Positions 1 to 22,462 of a DNA stretch of 64,000 nucleotides are shown here, piece by piece; the stretch's first letter is position 1, and every line of letters starts with the position of its first letter. The notes below the pieces were generated by a model, which was not told the origin of the DNA, searched no databases, and saw only the letters and a list, made by a program, of their open reading frames with translations. A program made the translations under genes and the position numbers. Origin of the DNA: the human T2T-CHM13v2.0 reference genome, Homo sapiens; NCBI RefSeq assembly GCF_009914755.1, contig NC_060927.1; one strand, written 5' to 3'.

Positions 1-426
1 ACTGTTAGAAGCATTGCCAAGTATGGGCATAGGTGGGTGGATAATGCAGCCTGTCATAAATACAGGGGACCATGACTAAGTTAAGAATTTGTTTTAGAAA
101 TCACATATGGCATATAATCAAATTGTGCTGAAAATTTTCAAAAAGAAAATTCAAGCAACCAAAGGGTACACATATAGGGAAGCAAAGGATAGAATAATGA
201 CACACTTCCCATCAAAAACAATGCAAACCCATGGATAATACAGTAACATATTTAATGTCCTGAAGAAAGATGAAAAAGTCCATTCTGAATTTTTTAACTG
301 GCCAAAAAAAATATTTCAAATAAAGGCAAATAAAATATTTTGAGACTAAAAAACTAAAACAAAAAATAAAAAAAAAACCAACCTCATGAAAGACAGATTG
401 TCCAAGCTGGATAAAAAGACCCAACT

Positions 427-1023
<597 letters not shown>

Positions 1024-1055
1024 TTAATATAAGAGCAGATAGGCCACAATAAAGG

Positions 1056-1310
1056 ATATATATGTATGTGTGTGTGTATACACACACACACACACACACA
1101 CGCACATCCTTGTCTTGATTTCTACTTTGATGTAACTATAACAATAACAGGTTTCTTATGGTTTATGTTTGCATGGTGTATGTGTGTATATACACATACA
1201 TACACACACATATATACATATACACACATATACACACACCATGCAAACATTAACCGTAAGAAACATGTTGTGGTTATATTCATGTCAAAGTAGAAATCAA
1301 GACAAGGAAT
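1056..1310. repeat. (TG/CA/TA)n microsatellites with an inverted duplication of L1 sequence
   Basis: 1107-1130 is the exact reverse complement of 1285-1308; similarity continues inward to the central microsatellite. Confidence 0.9.
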
Positions 1311-1966
1311 GCTACCAAACATAAAGAGAAATATTTTATAATAATAAAACAGTAAATTCATTAGGAAGCTATAACAACATTAAATTTTAACACCAAATAA
1401 CAGGAGTCTCAAAATACATAAAGCAAAGATTGAACTAAAAGAGGCAAATTCATAGCCATGGCTGAAATTTTTAACACACATCTTTTGGTAACTGATAGAA
1501 GAAGCAAACAAAAAAATTAATGAGTGTATAGAAGATAGGGATAAAATTACTAATGTGATCTAACTAATACATAAAACTTAACACCAACAATTACAGAATA
1601 CACATTCTTTTCAAGTACAAACAAGAATATTCACCAAAATAAATCATAAATCAAACCTCTGTAAGTTTTTAAACACTGAAATAATACAGAGCAAGCTCTC
1701 TTGCAATAACAGATTTAAAAATCTGTTTAAATCTGATTTAAAAATCAGTAACAAAAATATACCTAAAATGTCCCCAAATGTTTGGTAATGAGAAAATTTT
1801 AAAAAACTGAATAAAAACATCTCAAAAACTGTTGAATCCACCTACAGTAGTGTTTACAAGAAAATTTAGAGCTTTAAATATTTATAATTTATAGCTAAGT
1901 TACAGTTTATATAAAGAAGGGTTTAAATCAATGACCTAAGAATCTACCTTTTTGGTAGTGGGTTTT

Positions 1967-2227
1967 TCTTTTTTCTCTGAGACAGGGTCTCACTCTTTCA
2001 CCCAGGCTAGGGTCCAGTGGCATGACCACGGCTCATTGTAGCCTAAATCTCCCAGGCTCAAGCTATCCTTCCACCTCAGCCTCTCAAGTAGCTGGGAACA
2101 GAGGCATATGCCACTGTGCCTGGTTAATTTTTGTATTTTTGGTAGAGACGGGATTTCGCCATTTTGCCTAGGCTGGTCTCGAACATCTGGGCTCAAGAAA
2201 TCCTCCCACCTTGGCCTACCAAAGTGG
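1967..2227 (-). mobile_element. AluJ-type element
   Basis: Antisense Alu with J-type features (ggctcaagctatcc). Confidence 0.88.
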
Positions 2228-2479
2228 CTTCTACCTTAATAAACAGAATATTCCAATGTGGATTGTCTCTATCTGGAGGATAAGGAAAAGTATGCAATAT
2301 AATTCCAACAGAAAATTAACAGAAAGGCTATTTCTGATAACACAGCCACAGACCCAAAGAGAAGGCTATAGCTTTAGAACATCTGAATCACAGATTATAG
2401 ACACACAATCATTCTGGGACCTAAGGTGACATAGGATCTTGTATCCTTAACAAGCAGCTTCCAAGGTCAACCATGAATA

Positions 2480-2710
2480 TCAGTAATAAGACAGCATTTC
2501 ATGGGAAATTTTTGTAAGTCATGTTTGGAAGTTGTGCATATCATTTCAGCTAATATTAATACTTCACAGGCAAGAACTTGTTAGCTAGCCATATATGAAT
2601 GCAATGGAAGTAGAGAAATGGAGTCTCTGTTTGCCAGCGGCCTCCTTGAACGTTCTTCACTATGAAAAAGGAAAAATAACTTTTGGTAGATAGCAAGTCA
2701 CCTCTGCCAA
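2480..2710 (-). mobile_element. MLT1-family (MaLR) LTR fragment
   Basis: Reverse complement begins tggcagaggtgacttgctatctaccaaaa, resembling the old MLT1 5' end. Confidence 0.55.
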
Positions 2711-3622
2711 AAACTGCCCCTCTGCCTACTAATATTTATATGCTGCCTTCCTCCCACTTAGAGAAAATATTTATTTGCATGGATATAGGTATTATACTAC
2801 TATTTACTATTTTAAAAACCCCACGAAACAATTTTAATGTCTATAAAGGAACGTTTCACTAAATGATAGTATATCCATACAGTAGAATGAAATGTAACTA
2901 GTAATACAAATGAGCTGAATCTATGTTAGCACTAATGACAGAAACAGTTGCTTCTGACATCAAATGCACAAAGAAATGAGTATGATTCTATTTTTTAAAT
3001 AAATAAATCTCTCTTTTTCTCTCTCACACACACATACATATAAGCATGGGAAAAGGTATGGAAAAATTCAACTTGTGACACTAATAGGCTTGAATGTCCT
3101 CAATTGATTCCAGTTTAAGACTTGGATACAAAGAAAACCTCGAGACCTGAGCCATAGATCCTCAATGAGAAAGCTATAACAAGCAGCATCTGAATCATAG
3201 ATTACATTCATATGACAAAAAATGATGACATTTGCTATAATTATGATTTTATCATATTGTACTAGAAGGCAGTATAAAAATTAATATTCTGTCTTGTTCC
3301 ATAAGGAATATGAGGTAGTTAAAAAATAACATTTTTTAAATTGAGAAGAATAAAAAACATCAAGGCTACAAAGAGGAAATATAAATATATGGAAAAGAGC
3401 AGTCAATATGGTGGTTAAAGATGAGTTTTAAATCTGCCTAAGCTCCCTGTAAGGTAAACCTAAAAGATAAATCAATTCAATCTAGATATCTACATAGTAC
3501 AGAGTCCACATTCTTCAAATTCTATTAGGTTAAGTATACTTTTCTCAGTAAGCCATTTAGTAGGACCTTGGTTAAGCAGACAAGGGCACAGAGAATTCGT
3601 ATTCTATACTGCTGCTTAAGAG

Positions 3623-3697
3623 TAGATTCGTTTGCTTTGGAGAAAGATAGATTCGTTTGCTTTGGATTAAAGTAGATTCGTTTGCTTTGGATTAAAG
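3623..3697. repeat. Minisatellite, 3 x 25 bp
   Basis: tagattcgtttgctttgga... starting at 3623, 3648 and 3673. Confidence 0.95.
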
Positions 3698-3719
3698 ATA
3701 GAGCTTAGCTCCTTGCCAA

Positions 3720-6065
3720 GGAAATGGAATGCTAGTAATCGATGTCATATAGTAACTTGGGAAAATTAATCAAGCTATTGCTGGTGGCTGATTGTGATAA
3801 AGTACCAATTCAAGCACATGCCTTGAAAGCTTACATGGCTGCTGAATTTAGGAATTACGGCAATAATTATGGCTGTAAAGGCAGCAGGGTTAAGAAAGAT
3901 CCTTTTAAGTACACCTGAGTATTCACAGAGATAAAACAAAAAGCTCAAGTCAATTAATGCTCAGCTTAAGTCGTAATTTGAGAACCAGAGAACTTCCATG
4001 AAGAATCCTAGAATGTCTCATTTCTTATAGGTGAGGGGCTGATTTTGTTGAAAATCAAGCCAATAAAATCTAATTGTATCAGAGGCAATAACAGTTTAAT
4101 TCAGTCTCACCAAGTTTCTCATCTGGAAGTAAGGATCTTAACTGGCAAAGAATGGGATCCAAAAACTTGGAACAGAGAAATCTGGTTGGTCCCAGATCAA
4201 ACTAACAATTTTGAATAGCTCTCCCCCATCCTCCAAGTAATTCTGAGCCTCCCATACCAGTGGAAGTAGCTTGCTTTCCAAGGTTTGAGAATACTAGCCT
4301 TCTTAAGCTTGAAAGCCCTCTGATAACTTTACATGGACAGATGCCTTGAAGGGGGATGCTCATTCTCCTGAAGACTTACCAAAACCAGCCCCTGATGCCA
4401 CTAGATCCATGACTAGGGTCAAATCTCACCATGCTCCAAGAACACAAATACACACTATAACCCAGAAGAAAATAGCTTATATACTCAACAGAAATCTGAG
4501 GAACATGTATGATAGTAGATTCTAAATGTATTTTACCAAAGGAGGTGGTATAAAACCATAACACGCCAAATTCATTGGTATCAGGCGCACTTACTAGAGA
4601 TTCCAGACTTCATACATTAGTTCCTGTCGCTGAAAGTGACTACAACAGTTTATCTGGTTGGTGCACTGAAAGCTGGATTTAACAGCTGAGATACCAGAGC
4701 CTCCCTGGCCTTGACAGATTAGGGAGTTAGGAATGCTGGACTAGACTTACCATGTGAGAACTATACACATGCAGCCCCATTCCTCAACTATGCTCCACAA
4801 GAGGGCCCAGAGGCAATGAAAACTACAATAGTGAAGGGAGTAACTATATCTATGTGCTTTTAAAGTTCTGTAAGCTTACTCTTTTTTGTAAGCCAGATAT
4901 GACTATGGGGAATGTGGTCATTAAGAGATTTCTATGGAGATGATGGGATCCCAAGGTAACACAGCCCAAGTGGCCACACTTAACCATCAAAGACCAAGAG
5001 AGCAAATTGTCTATAAAGGGCAGTAGGGACACACTGGTATTCACAACGTCTTGGCCTGCAGAGATCTTGGGCAGTAGATAACATTACCAGTACCCCTAGG
5101 AACAATATAGGTGGGCAGCCCACAAGAATACTGTTTGATTTATGGAGAAGAAAAAACTTTAGGCCTGGTAGGCAGAAATCTAACTTGTGGAGAGTTATGG
5201 ACTCTCACCAGTCTCCAGACCTGTCTCAGTTCACAGACCCAGAGCCCCCTGACTGAAGGGGAACCAGATCCCTGTACAACTATTCCAAGTACATACAATA
5301 AATCTTTTAATCCTTTCCCAAAGGGACCTGTAGCCATTAATTAGAGATACTGTGCATTGTTGAAAGGAAATATCCAGACCTTTCATGTATTAATAGACAC
5401 TGTCTCTGAATTGACATTAATTCCTGGGGATTCAAAATGCCATTGCAGTCCACCAGTTAAATCAGGGGCTTACAGTGGTCAGGTAATAGATGATGGAGTT
5501 GTAACTCATGTCTGTCTAAGAGTGGGACCACCACTGACCCACCCTGTGGTTATTTCCCCACTTCCAGAATGTGTAATTGGAAAAGACATACTTGGCAACT
5601 GGCAGAAACCCCATTATCAGCTTTCTAACCTACACGATTAAGGTCATTAAGGTTAAATATGGCTAAAAGGAAGTTCGTGGAACTTCCTCTCCCTACCAAG
5701 ATAATAAACTAGAAGTAAACACTACATCCCTGGGAAATTGCAGAGTTTAATCAAAGACTTGAAAGAAGCAGGGGTGGTAAAATCTATTACATCTTCATTT
5801 AACTCACTAGTTTGGCCTATGCTGAAGTTAGAGGGATCTTGAAGAATGACTATGGACTATAATAAACTTAACTAGGTGGTTACATTAACTGTAGTGGCAG
5901 CCCCTGGAACTTGATATGCAGCTACTGACCTCACTAACTCCTTTTTCTCCAATTAACAAGAACCACTCAAAGCAAGTTGTTACCTGAAATGACAGAAGTA
6001 TACCTTCGTACTCAACTAAGTATGAATGCTTTAGCACTATGCTAGTTCTCCTGTCTCTGCCATAA
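3720..6065 (+). mobile_element. Decayed ERV-L internal region (gag-protease-RT)
   Basis: ORF 5357-5641 contains LIDTVSELTLIPGD and THPVVISPLPECVIGKDIL (ERV-L protease). Downstream RT motifs SFNSLVWP, *RMTMDYNKLN and YAATDLTNSFF, with many stops. Confidence 0.88.
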
Positions 6066-6069
6066 GGTA

Positions 6070-6400
6070 GTTGTATTGGTTATCTAATATCTCACAATTT
6101 CTGTGGATTCAGGAATCTGAACACAGCTCAGTTGAATCCTCTATTTAGGGTCTCATTAGGCTGCAATCAAGGCACTTACCGTGCTGCATTCTAATCTGGA
6201 TGCTCAACTGGGAAGAAGCGATTTCTAAGCTCACTTAGGTTGATTTCCTTGTGGTTGTATAACTGAAGCCCTTGACGTCCTGCTGGCTAATGGCTAGAGA
6301 CAAACCTCAGGGCCAAGAAGCTGCCCACAGTTACTTTCTACATGGGATTCTCCAATGTGTCATTTTATTCCACAAAACATCACATTCTGGTAACATGTTC
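6070..6400 (-). mobile_element. MLT1-family LTR fragment
   Basis: ctcacaatttctgtggattcaggaatctg...ggctgcaatcaagg, typical of antisense MLT1D-F. Confidence 0.7.
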
Positions 6401-6594
6401 CAGACCACTGACTGCCCTGAAACTTTATTGAGGTGTCCACCAGGCTCTGAATTTGACAGGGTTGGAGGGGCAACTCCTACATTCTACTTTGCATATGTTT
6501 TACTAAGGCTTTAGATGTACTCCCCGTTCATCATAAACAATTAGTACAATGCTGTCAGTGTATACGTATAAAATATCAGTAAATAATTATGTAA

Positions 6595-7045
<451 letters not shown>

Positions 7046-7263
7046 TAAAAATAAAAAAGAAGAAAATAAAGATACGAATCAATAAATACTAGGTAAATAA
7101 AAAAACAGAAAAACTGTGGTGACAATATTAACATCAAGTTAGTATTAAAGATTAGAAGCACTAAACAGTAAAAAGGTGGCTATTATATGGTAAAAGGCTG
7201 AATATACAAAGTAGGCAAACAAATCATTTGCTCTGAGTTTGCATTTATTCTTGTATAATTCTT

Positions 7264-7572
<309 letters not shown>

Positions 7573-7767
7573 TCTTGTATAATTCTTAAATCTAAGTTTT
7601 TCACCAAATTTTTTTCTCATTGAATTATTATTTTATTATTTACTACATCTAGACTCTACTTTGGTATATGGTATGAGGTAAAAATCTTGTGCTTTTCTTT
7701 TTTTTCAAGTTGTTAATCAACTGTCAGTCACAATTATAAGAGAAAGAAAGTATCAGGAGAACAAAAA

Positions 7768-14724
<6,957 letters not shown>

Positions 14725-14948
14725 TAGCCTACACTTAACACAATATTAGGTCAAAGTAAGAGTAAAGATTAATCAAGTCCAAGGAAAATTTAGAAATTTG
14801 TCAAATACCTTTTATGTTAACATCTTTCCCTCATAAAAACATTCTTAACACATTGTTCAACAAATAGCAAAACATGAATTCGCTCTTCACTTGCTCATTA
14901 TCTACTGGGGAGGGTAATCAATCAGTAGATATATACAAATATACACAT

Positions 14949-15051
14949 GGCTGGTCTGATGGTAGTGGGTTATCAGAACTTATTAACATTAGTGTCATTA
15001 AAGTTGGTATACAACCCGCCACCCGCCACTGCTATATTTGACTGGTTTTTT
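14949..15051 (+). pseudogene. Y4 RNA (RNY4) pseudogene
   Basis: GGCTGGTCTGATGGTAGTGGGTTATCAGAACTTATTAACATTAGTGTCATTAAAGTTGGTATACAACC...TTTGACTGGTTTTT, near-identical to recalled hY4 with a 7-nt duplication (acccgcc x2). Confidence 0.95.
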
Positions 15052-16880
<1,829 letters not shown>

Positions 16881-16942
16881 ATACATGTATCTCTGAGAAA
16901 CAGAAGACAATTCAAACACTTCATGACTAAAAACTAAAGACT

Positions 16943-17340
<398 letters not shown>

Positions 17341-17957
17341 TCATATGACCAGGACTTATTGTAAAATATCCTGGACCAGTTCCAAATATTGGTCTAAGAC
17401 ATGTACAAGATGATGAGCTGTAACTGTAGAGTATAAAAATGAAGGAGTATAAAGGTAATTCAGCTGAATCTCTAAAGGGGTTCAATGATGATAGCTTTAT
17501 AAAAATACAATTGTGGAGACACTATGGGTTATAAAATCTGAAAATTTCTGAGGATCAAATTAATTAATCAGTTCTAAAATATGTGCCCTGGTTTGACAGT
17601 TCACTGACGGACGTAAATATTTCATTTATCCAATTAGTTATCTGTGAAGTTCCATTTATTTTATCTGATGATGCACAACCTCTCACCAGGACCCCCCAGA
17701 AAAGCTGTATTGGTTTTGGTTGGGTGTTGTTTTGTTTTTTTTTGCATAATCTGACTGAAATTCAAACTCCATCTTTCACTTTATGCTTTCCCCATATTTT
17801 ATTATATTTCATTAGATTTGTTATATTAAGAAAGTTGCTGCAAAATTATCAAAGACAAAATATGTACAAACATTTTTACATAATAAAATATTACTAATAG
17901 CTTTAATGAGTGACCTGCAGAATAAACACTGGCAGTTTGTGGACAGAGTCTTTTTTC

Positions 17958-18130
17958 AAAAAAAAAAAAAAAGAAGGGAGGGAGGGAGGGAGGAAGGGAG
18001 GAGGGAGGAGGGGAGGAGGGAAGGCGGGAAGGTGGGAAGGCAGGAAGGCAGGAAAGAAAGAAGTAAGGAAGTAAGGAGGGAAAGAAGGAAGGAAGGAAGA
18101 AAGGAAGGAAGGAAGGAGGGAAGGAAGGAA
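17958..18130 (+). repeat. A-run followed by (GGGA/GGAA)n purine-rich tract
   Basis: ~170 nt almost purely purine. Confidence 0.95.
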
Positions 18131-18157
18131 ATTGTTTAAGCAAAAAAATAATATTCC

Positions 18158-18265
18158 CTGGGCTTGGCGTCATGGCCATATGCACCTGTAGTCCCAGCTA
18201 CTCGAGAGGCTCAGGCCGGGGAGGATCACTTGGGCCCAGAAGTTCGAGGTCAGCCTGGACAACAC
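18158..18265 (+). mobile_element. FLAM/FAM-type Alu monomer
   Basis: cctgtagtcccagctactcgagaggc...gaggatcacttgggcccagaagttcgagg. Confidence 0.8.
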
Positions 18266-18904
18266 TGACCTATTTGAAAGGTCAACATCTCTATTTGAAA
18301 AAAAAAAAAAAATTATCTGTTAAGTGAGAAGCAAAGCATATGTATTGGTGGTATAACAGACAAGAAATATGGCTATTGTGCAAGTTCAAATAAAACCAAA
18401 ATTTTCTTTTCAACAAGATGATAACTATGAAGTAGAATTCAGGATGAAGATGCCAAATCTTTCCATTTGGAACCAGAGAGAGATAATTAAAAGAACTAAA
18501 TGCAAGAAAGAAAAGCACTGTTCCTCACATAAACTCATTAAACCTTTAAAAGGTATCCCATCACTTTGAAATGGCCCTAGGGTATCATCTTAACCTTTTC
18601 CTTTACATACTATCAAAGACATCATTCAATGGAGACCTCTTACATCTACCTTTGCTGAATTCAAGAGTCAGATTTCTTGGCCCTGGACCAAGAGTAAGAA
18701 AGAATATTAGAAACAGCACTTCAAGAAAGGTTGGGACATGAGGCCAGAAAGAGAGGTAGTCCTGGGTCAAAACCATCAAACTGAAGAATGGAAGGAAAGG
18801 GAGGAAGGGAAGTTGGGGATGATGATGGAGGAAGTATCTGCCTTGGACCGAGAATTAAGTTTCACTCTGAACTGATCCTGAACCCTCCCTTTATGTCTTC
18901 CCTA

Positions 18905-20195
18905 CTACAGACCCATACTTGCTGATATAGTTTGGCTATGTCTCTACCCAAATCTCATTTTGAATTGTAATTCCCATAATCCCCATGTGTCATGGGATGG
19001 ACCCAGTAGGAGGTAATTGAATCATGGGGGTGGTATCCCCTATAATGTTCTCATGACAGTGAGTGAGTCCTCATGAGATCTGATGGTTTTATAAGCATCT
19101 GGCATTTCCCCTGCTAGCACTCATTTTCTCTCCTGCTGCCCTATAAAGAGGTACCTTCCACCATGATTGTAAGTTTCCTAAGGCCTCCCCAGCCATGCAG
19201 AACTGCGAGTCAATGAAATCTCTTTTCTTTATAAATTACCCAGTCTCAGGTATTTCCTGATAGCCATGTGAGAACAAACTAATACACTTGCCCATATATT
19301 CAACTCCCTCAACCCTTGATCTCTATCTTCTTATATTTCCCCAACTTTCTCCTGATGGTGACCACCAGAACTACAATGCCAGCAACAATGGCCACCAGGA
19401 CCACTAAAATGACAACGCTAAGGTTAGTTGCCAAATACTTCATGGTGGGTAAAAGTAGGTGGCAATTTCTTATCCACATAGAGATTACCAGCAGAAGGAC
19501 TCTTTACACAACTGCATTCTGGGGCTGCCACAGGCCTAAGAGTAATTTATCCTTAGTCCTCCTCTCAAAATAGGCAGGGCAAAGTCCAGCAATAACCACT
19601 GTAGACAGTCTTCTGAAAGGTTTTCTGCTACAACTTGGTATAGATGATGCACTGCTTGTAGTGCACAACTTTGTCTGAGTTCAAAGGCACAGACAACCTG
19701 GCAATAATAATTTGTGACAAGGGTGTTGTTATCATTGGCTCAGGTCTTCCTTTTCCAAATTGTGGGTGCTCACTAGGTTCACCCACCAACACAATGATAT
19801 CTGGCTGCACTAGTGGGCCTTTAAATATCCTTTCTGCCATAGCTGGGGTTGGGAAGGCAATCAACATCCAAAAAGGTATGCTCACTAAAGTTCACCATGC
19901 TCTGGTCACTCGCGCATGTTTTTTCAGAAATAAGGGATATAAACTGGAACAGTTCCTCTCAAAAGCCCAGTGCGTGGGACCAGGCTGGGACCCACCCTGC
20001 CCCTCACCTCACCCCAACACGTAGCACATTAACTTGTTCATGGTACATATTAGGTGAGATATGTCTGGTCTTCACCACTAGCAAGAAGCATTAGGCCCAG
20101 AATGCCCACCAGCGTCAGGCAACAGGAATGAAAACAGCACAGGAGGATATCCAGAGGGTGCTTGGAATAAAGACCTAGAGTTGGCTGCCTCCCAT
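18905..20195 (-). pseudogene. Ancient, decayed TACSTD2 (TROP2)/EPCAM-family intronless copy, interrupted by a THE1 LTR
   Basis: Colinear minus-strand translations: MVNFSEHTFLDVDC; QKGYLKAH*CSQISLCWWVNLVSTHNLEKEDLS (19836-19738); VVHYKQCIIYTKL*QKTFQK; YFERRTKDKL; MKYLATNLSVVILVVLVAIVAGIVVLVVTIRRKLGKYKKIEIK (19443-19315). These align with the recalled TROP2 thyroglobulin domain, C-terminal ectodomain, TM helix and tail. Stops and frameshifts present; 5' end uncertain. Confidence 0.85.
18923..19286 (+). mobile_element. THE1-family solo LTR (MaLR)
   Basis: TGATATAGTTTGGCT...CTAATACA termini; 5-bp TSD cttgc on both sides. Confidence 0.92.
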
Positions 20196-21530
20196 TGTGC
20201 TGCCTTAGCAGCTTCTTCCTTTTTAAATGGAAAATCCAGTTTTGAAAAACATCAACAGGTATACTTCTAAAATTACAATAAAATATACTTTAATGATTAT
20301 TAAAATATTGAGAATTTCAATTATTTCACAATCCACCAGTCCCCATGGAAAAGACCACGTATCTATGATCTTTTACATATGAGAGAAATAAACATCTATC
20401 TTGTTTAAACAACTGCTATTTTCAGTTTTCCAATTTTATCTTCAGGCAAAGACTCTAAATGTTTAGAATATTATATGATTTTAAATTCTGTACCCAATAT
20501 TTTGCACTGTAGCAGTCACAGCTATTAACACATTTCTTGTATTATACACTCAAGTATTAATTCTATTCAAGTATTTATATTTGCTTAGTTCCACAAAATT
20601 TTACTCCTTAACTTCATTACAGTATTTCTGTCTTTCAATGTGTTCTCCCCATCTTTGTCATGAAGTTTCATTTTAATCAATAGTATATGTGTCCTCTCAT
20701 CTAATGTCTCAGTATCATTTGTTTATAATTACAATCCTTATACATTCTTTGGCCATTTTAATACTTCTTGAAACTTTCAAGCTTCTCAGTCAATGAATAT
20801 TAGAAAATTATTAAAACACTTTTATCCATTCTATTAATAGCTCAGAAATGCATACAAGCCCTATTACAGTTACTATGTAACTGTCAGTTCTAACACTTAC
20901 AAGTTAACAGGTAGAATTTAAATAAACCCACAGCTGCTTTCCTCTTTCCTTGGTATAGTCATAGAGTAAAACTCAAGCCCAGCTTGAGAATTCCTCTCCA
21001 TTTGATGATACGAAGCGATTTGGCATGTAACTCATCTATAATTCGGAGGCTAGAAGAAACCAATGTCACTATAAAAGTCCATACTTTTCTTTGACACTAA
21101 AACAAAGCTTACTAACCCTAAGGGACAGAGAATGTCTGATCACAATTTCTAAGACACCTACCTCTTGCCCAATCATATTTAAATGGACAAAATTAGTTTC
21201 ACCTTCAAAGTCAGTTGTCAAAAGCAAACAGAAGACCAAATTGTCTCACTAAGTATACTTAATTTATAGGTTAACAAGAGTTCCTTATTCACATAAGCTG
21301 TTGTTATCACTACACTAAGACCAAAGAAAGTTTGCTTAGTGTTAATCAACAGTTTTTAATTGTATATTAATAGATCATTTGATTGGTATAAACTATTTCT
21401 TCTTCCAAGACTAGAAAGTCCATGAAGGTAAGGGTCAGGTGAGTTTAATTAATATTGTAGCCCTGCGCCTAACCCAATTAGCTTGGAATTTTTGTTGAAT
21501 GAATAAACGACAGTCCGACTTTTTTTTTGA

Positions 21531-21635
<105 letters not shown>

Positions 21636-22419
21636 TGAGTAGCTGGGACTACAGACACATGCCACCACACCTGGCTACTTTTTGTATTTTGGTTGAGATG
21701 GGGTTTTGCCATGTTGCCCAGGCTAGTCTCGAACTCCTGGCTCAAGAGATCTGCCTGCTTCAGCCTCCCAAAGTACTGGGCTTACAGGACTGAGCCATCA
21801 TGTCCAGCCCTATAGTCCAACTTTTATAGTTGATATCTAGGTGTACAAAATGAAAATGCCAATGGATTACAGAAATTAACAAGCTCTTACTCATAACTAC
21901 TAAAGCAAAAAATATCACTTAGACTACACAGCTTGAAAGTTCCAAAATTCAACATGTATTTAATGTCACAGATCTAAAAGTCAGGATGTCCAAACTACTC
22001 TCATAGCCATCCTCCAATACCTATATTCACACAAACTTTCAGTGAACGCTACCAAGTCAAACAACTAGGGACCACCTTAGATTACTTCCTCTTTCTCATC
22101 TTTCCTAATCATTCCAGAGCCTGAATATTTGCACAATCTGTCACTTCCTCTCCATTCTCACTGACCTTCTATAAATTTGAACTTTCTACTTTGGGAGGCT
22201 GAGGCAGGTGGATCACGAGGTCAGGAGATTGAGACCATCCTGGCTAACACGGTAAAACCCTGTCTCTACTGAAAATACAAAACTGCGGGCGCCTGCAGTC
22301 CCAGCTGCTCAGGAGGCTGAGGCAGAAGAATGGCATGAATCCGGGAGGTGGAGCTTGTAGTGAGCCGAGACCGCACCACTGCACTCCAGCCTGGGCGACA
22401 GAGCAAGACTCCATCTCAA

Positions 22420-22462
<43 letters not shown>

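Noticed and set aside
3623-3697. CRISPR-like repeats
   Set aside because: Head-to-tail tandem units with no unique spacers, in human DNA with no cas genes.
5357-5641. Intact retroviral protease gene
   Set aside because: TTG start, DTG changed to DTV, and surrounding gag/pol full of stops.
17826-18185. Pro/Ser/Phe-rich and Arg/Glu/Gly-rich ORFs
   Set aside because: Translations of the GGAA/GGGA simple repeat.
19628-19885. Minus-strand 85-aa ORF as a functional TROP2-like protein
   Set aside because: Only its last ~14 residues are in the homologous frame; non-ATG start; ends at a premature stop.
19316-20094. Plus-strand ORFs (85, 117 and 81 aa) as novel genes
   Set aside because: They are the antisense shadow of the minus-strand TROP2-like pseudogene.
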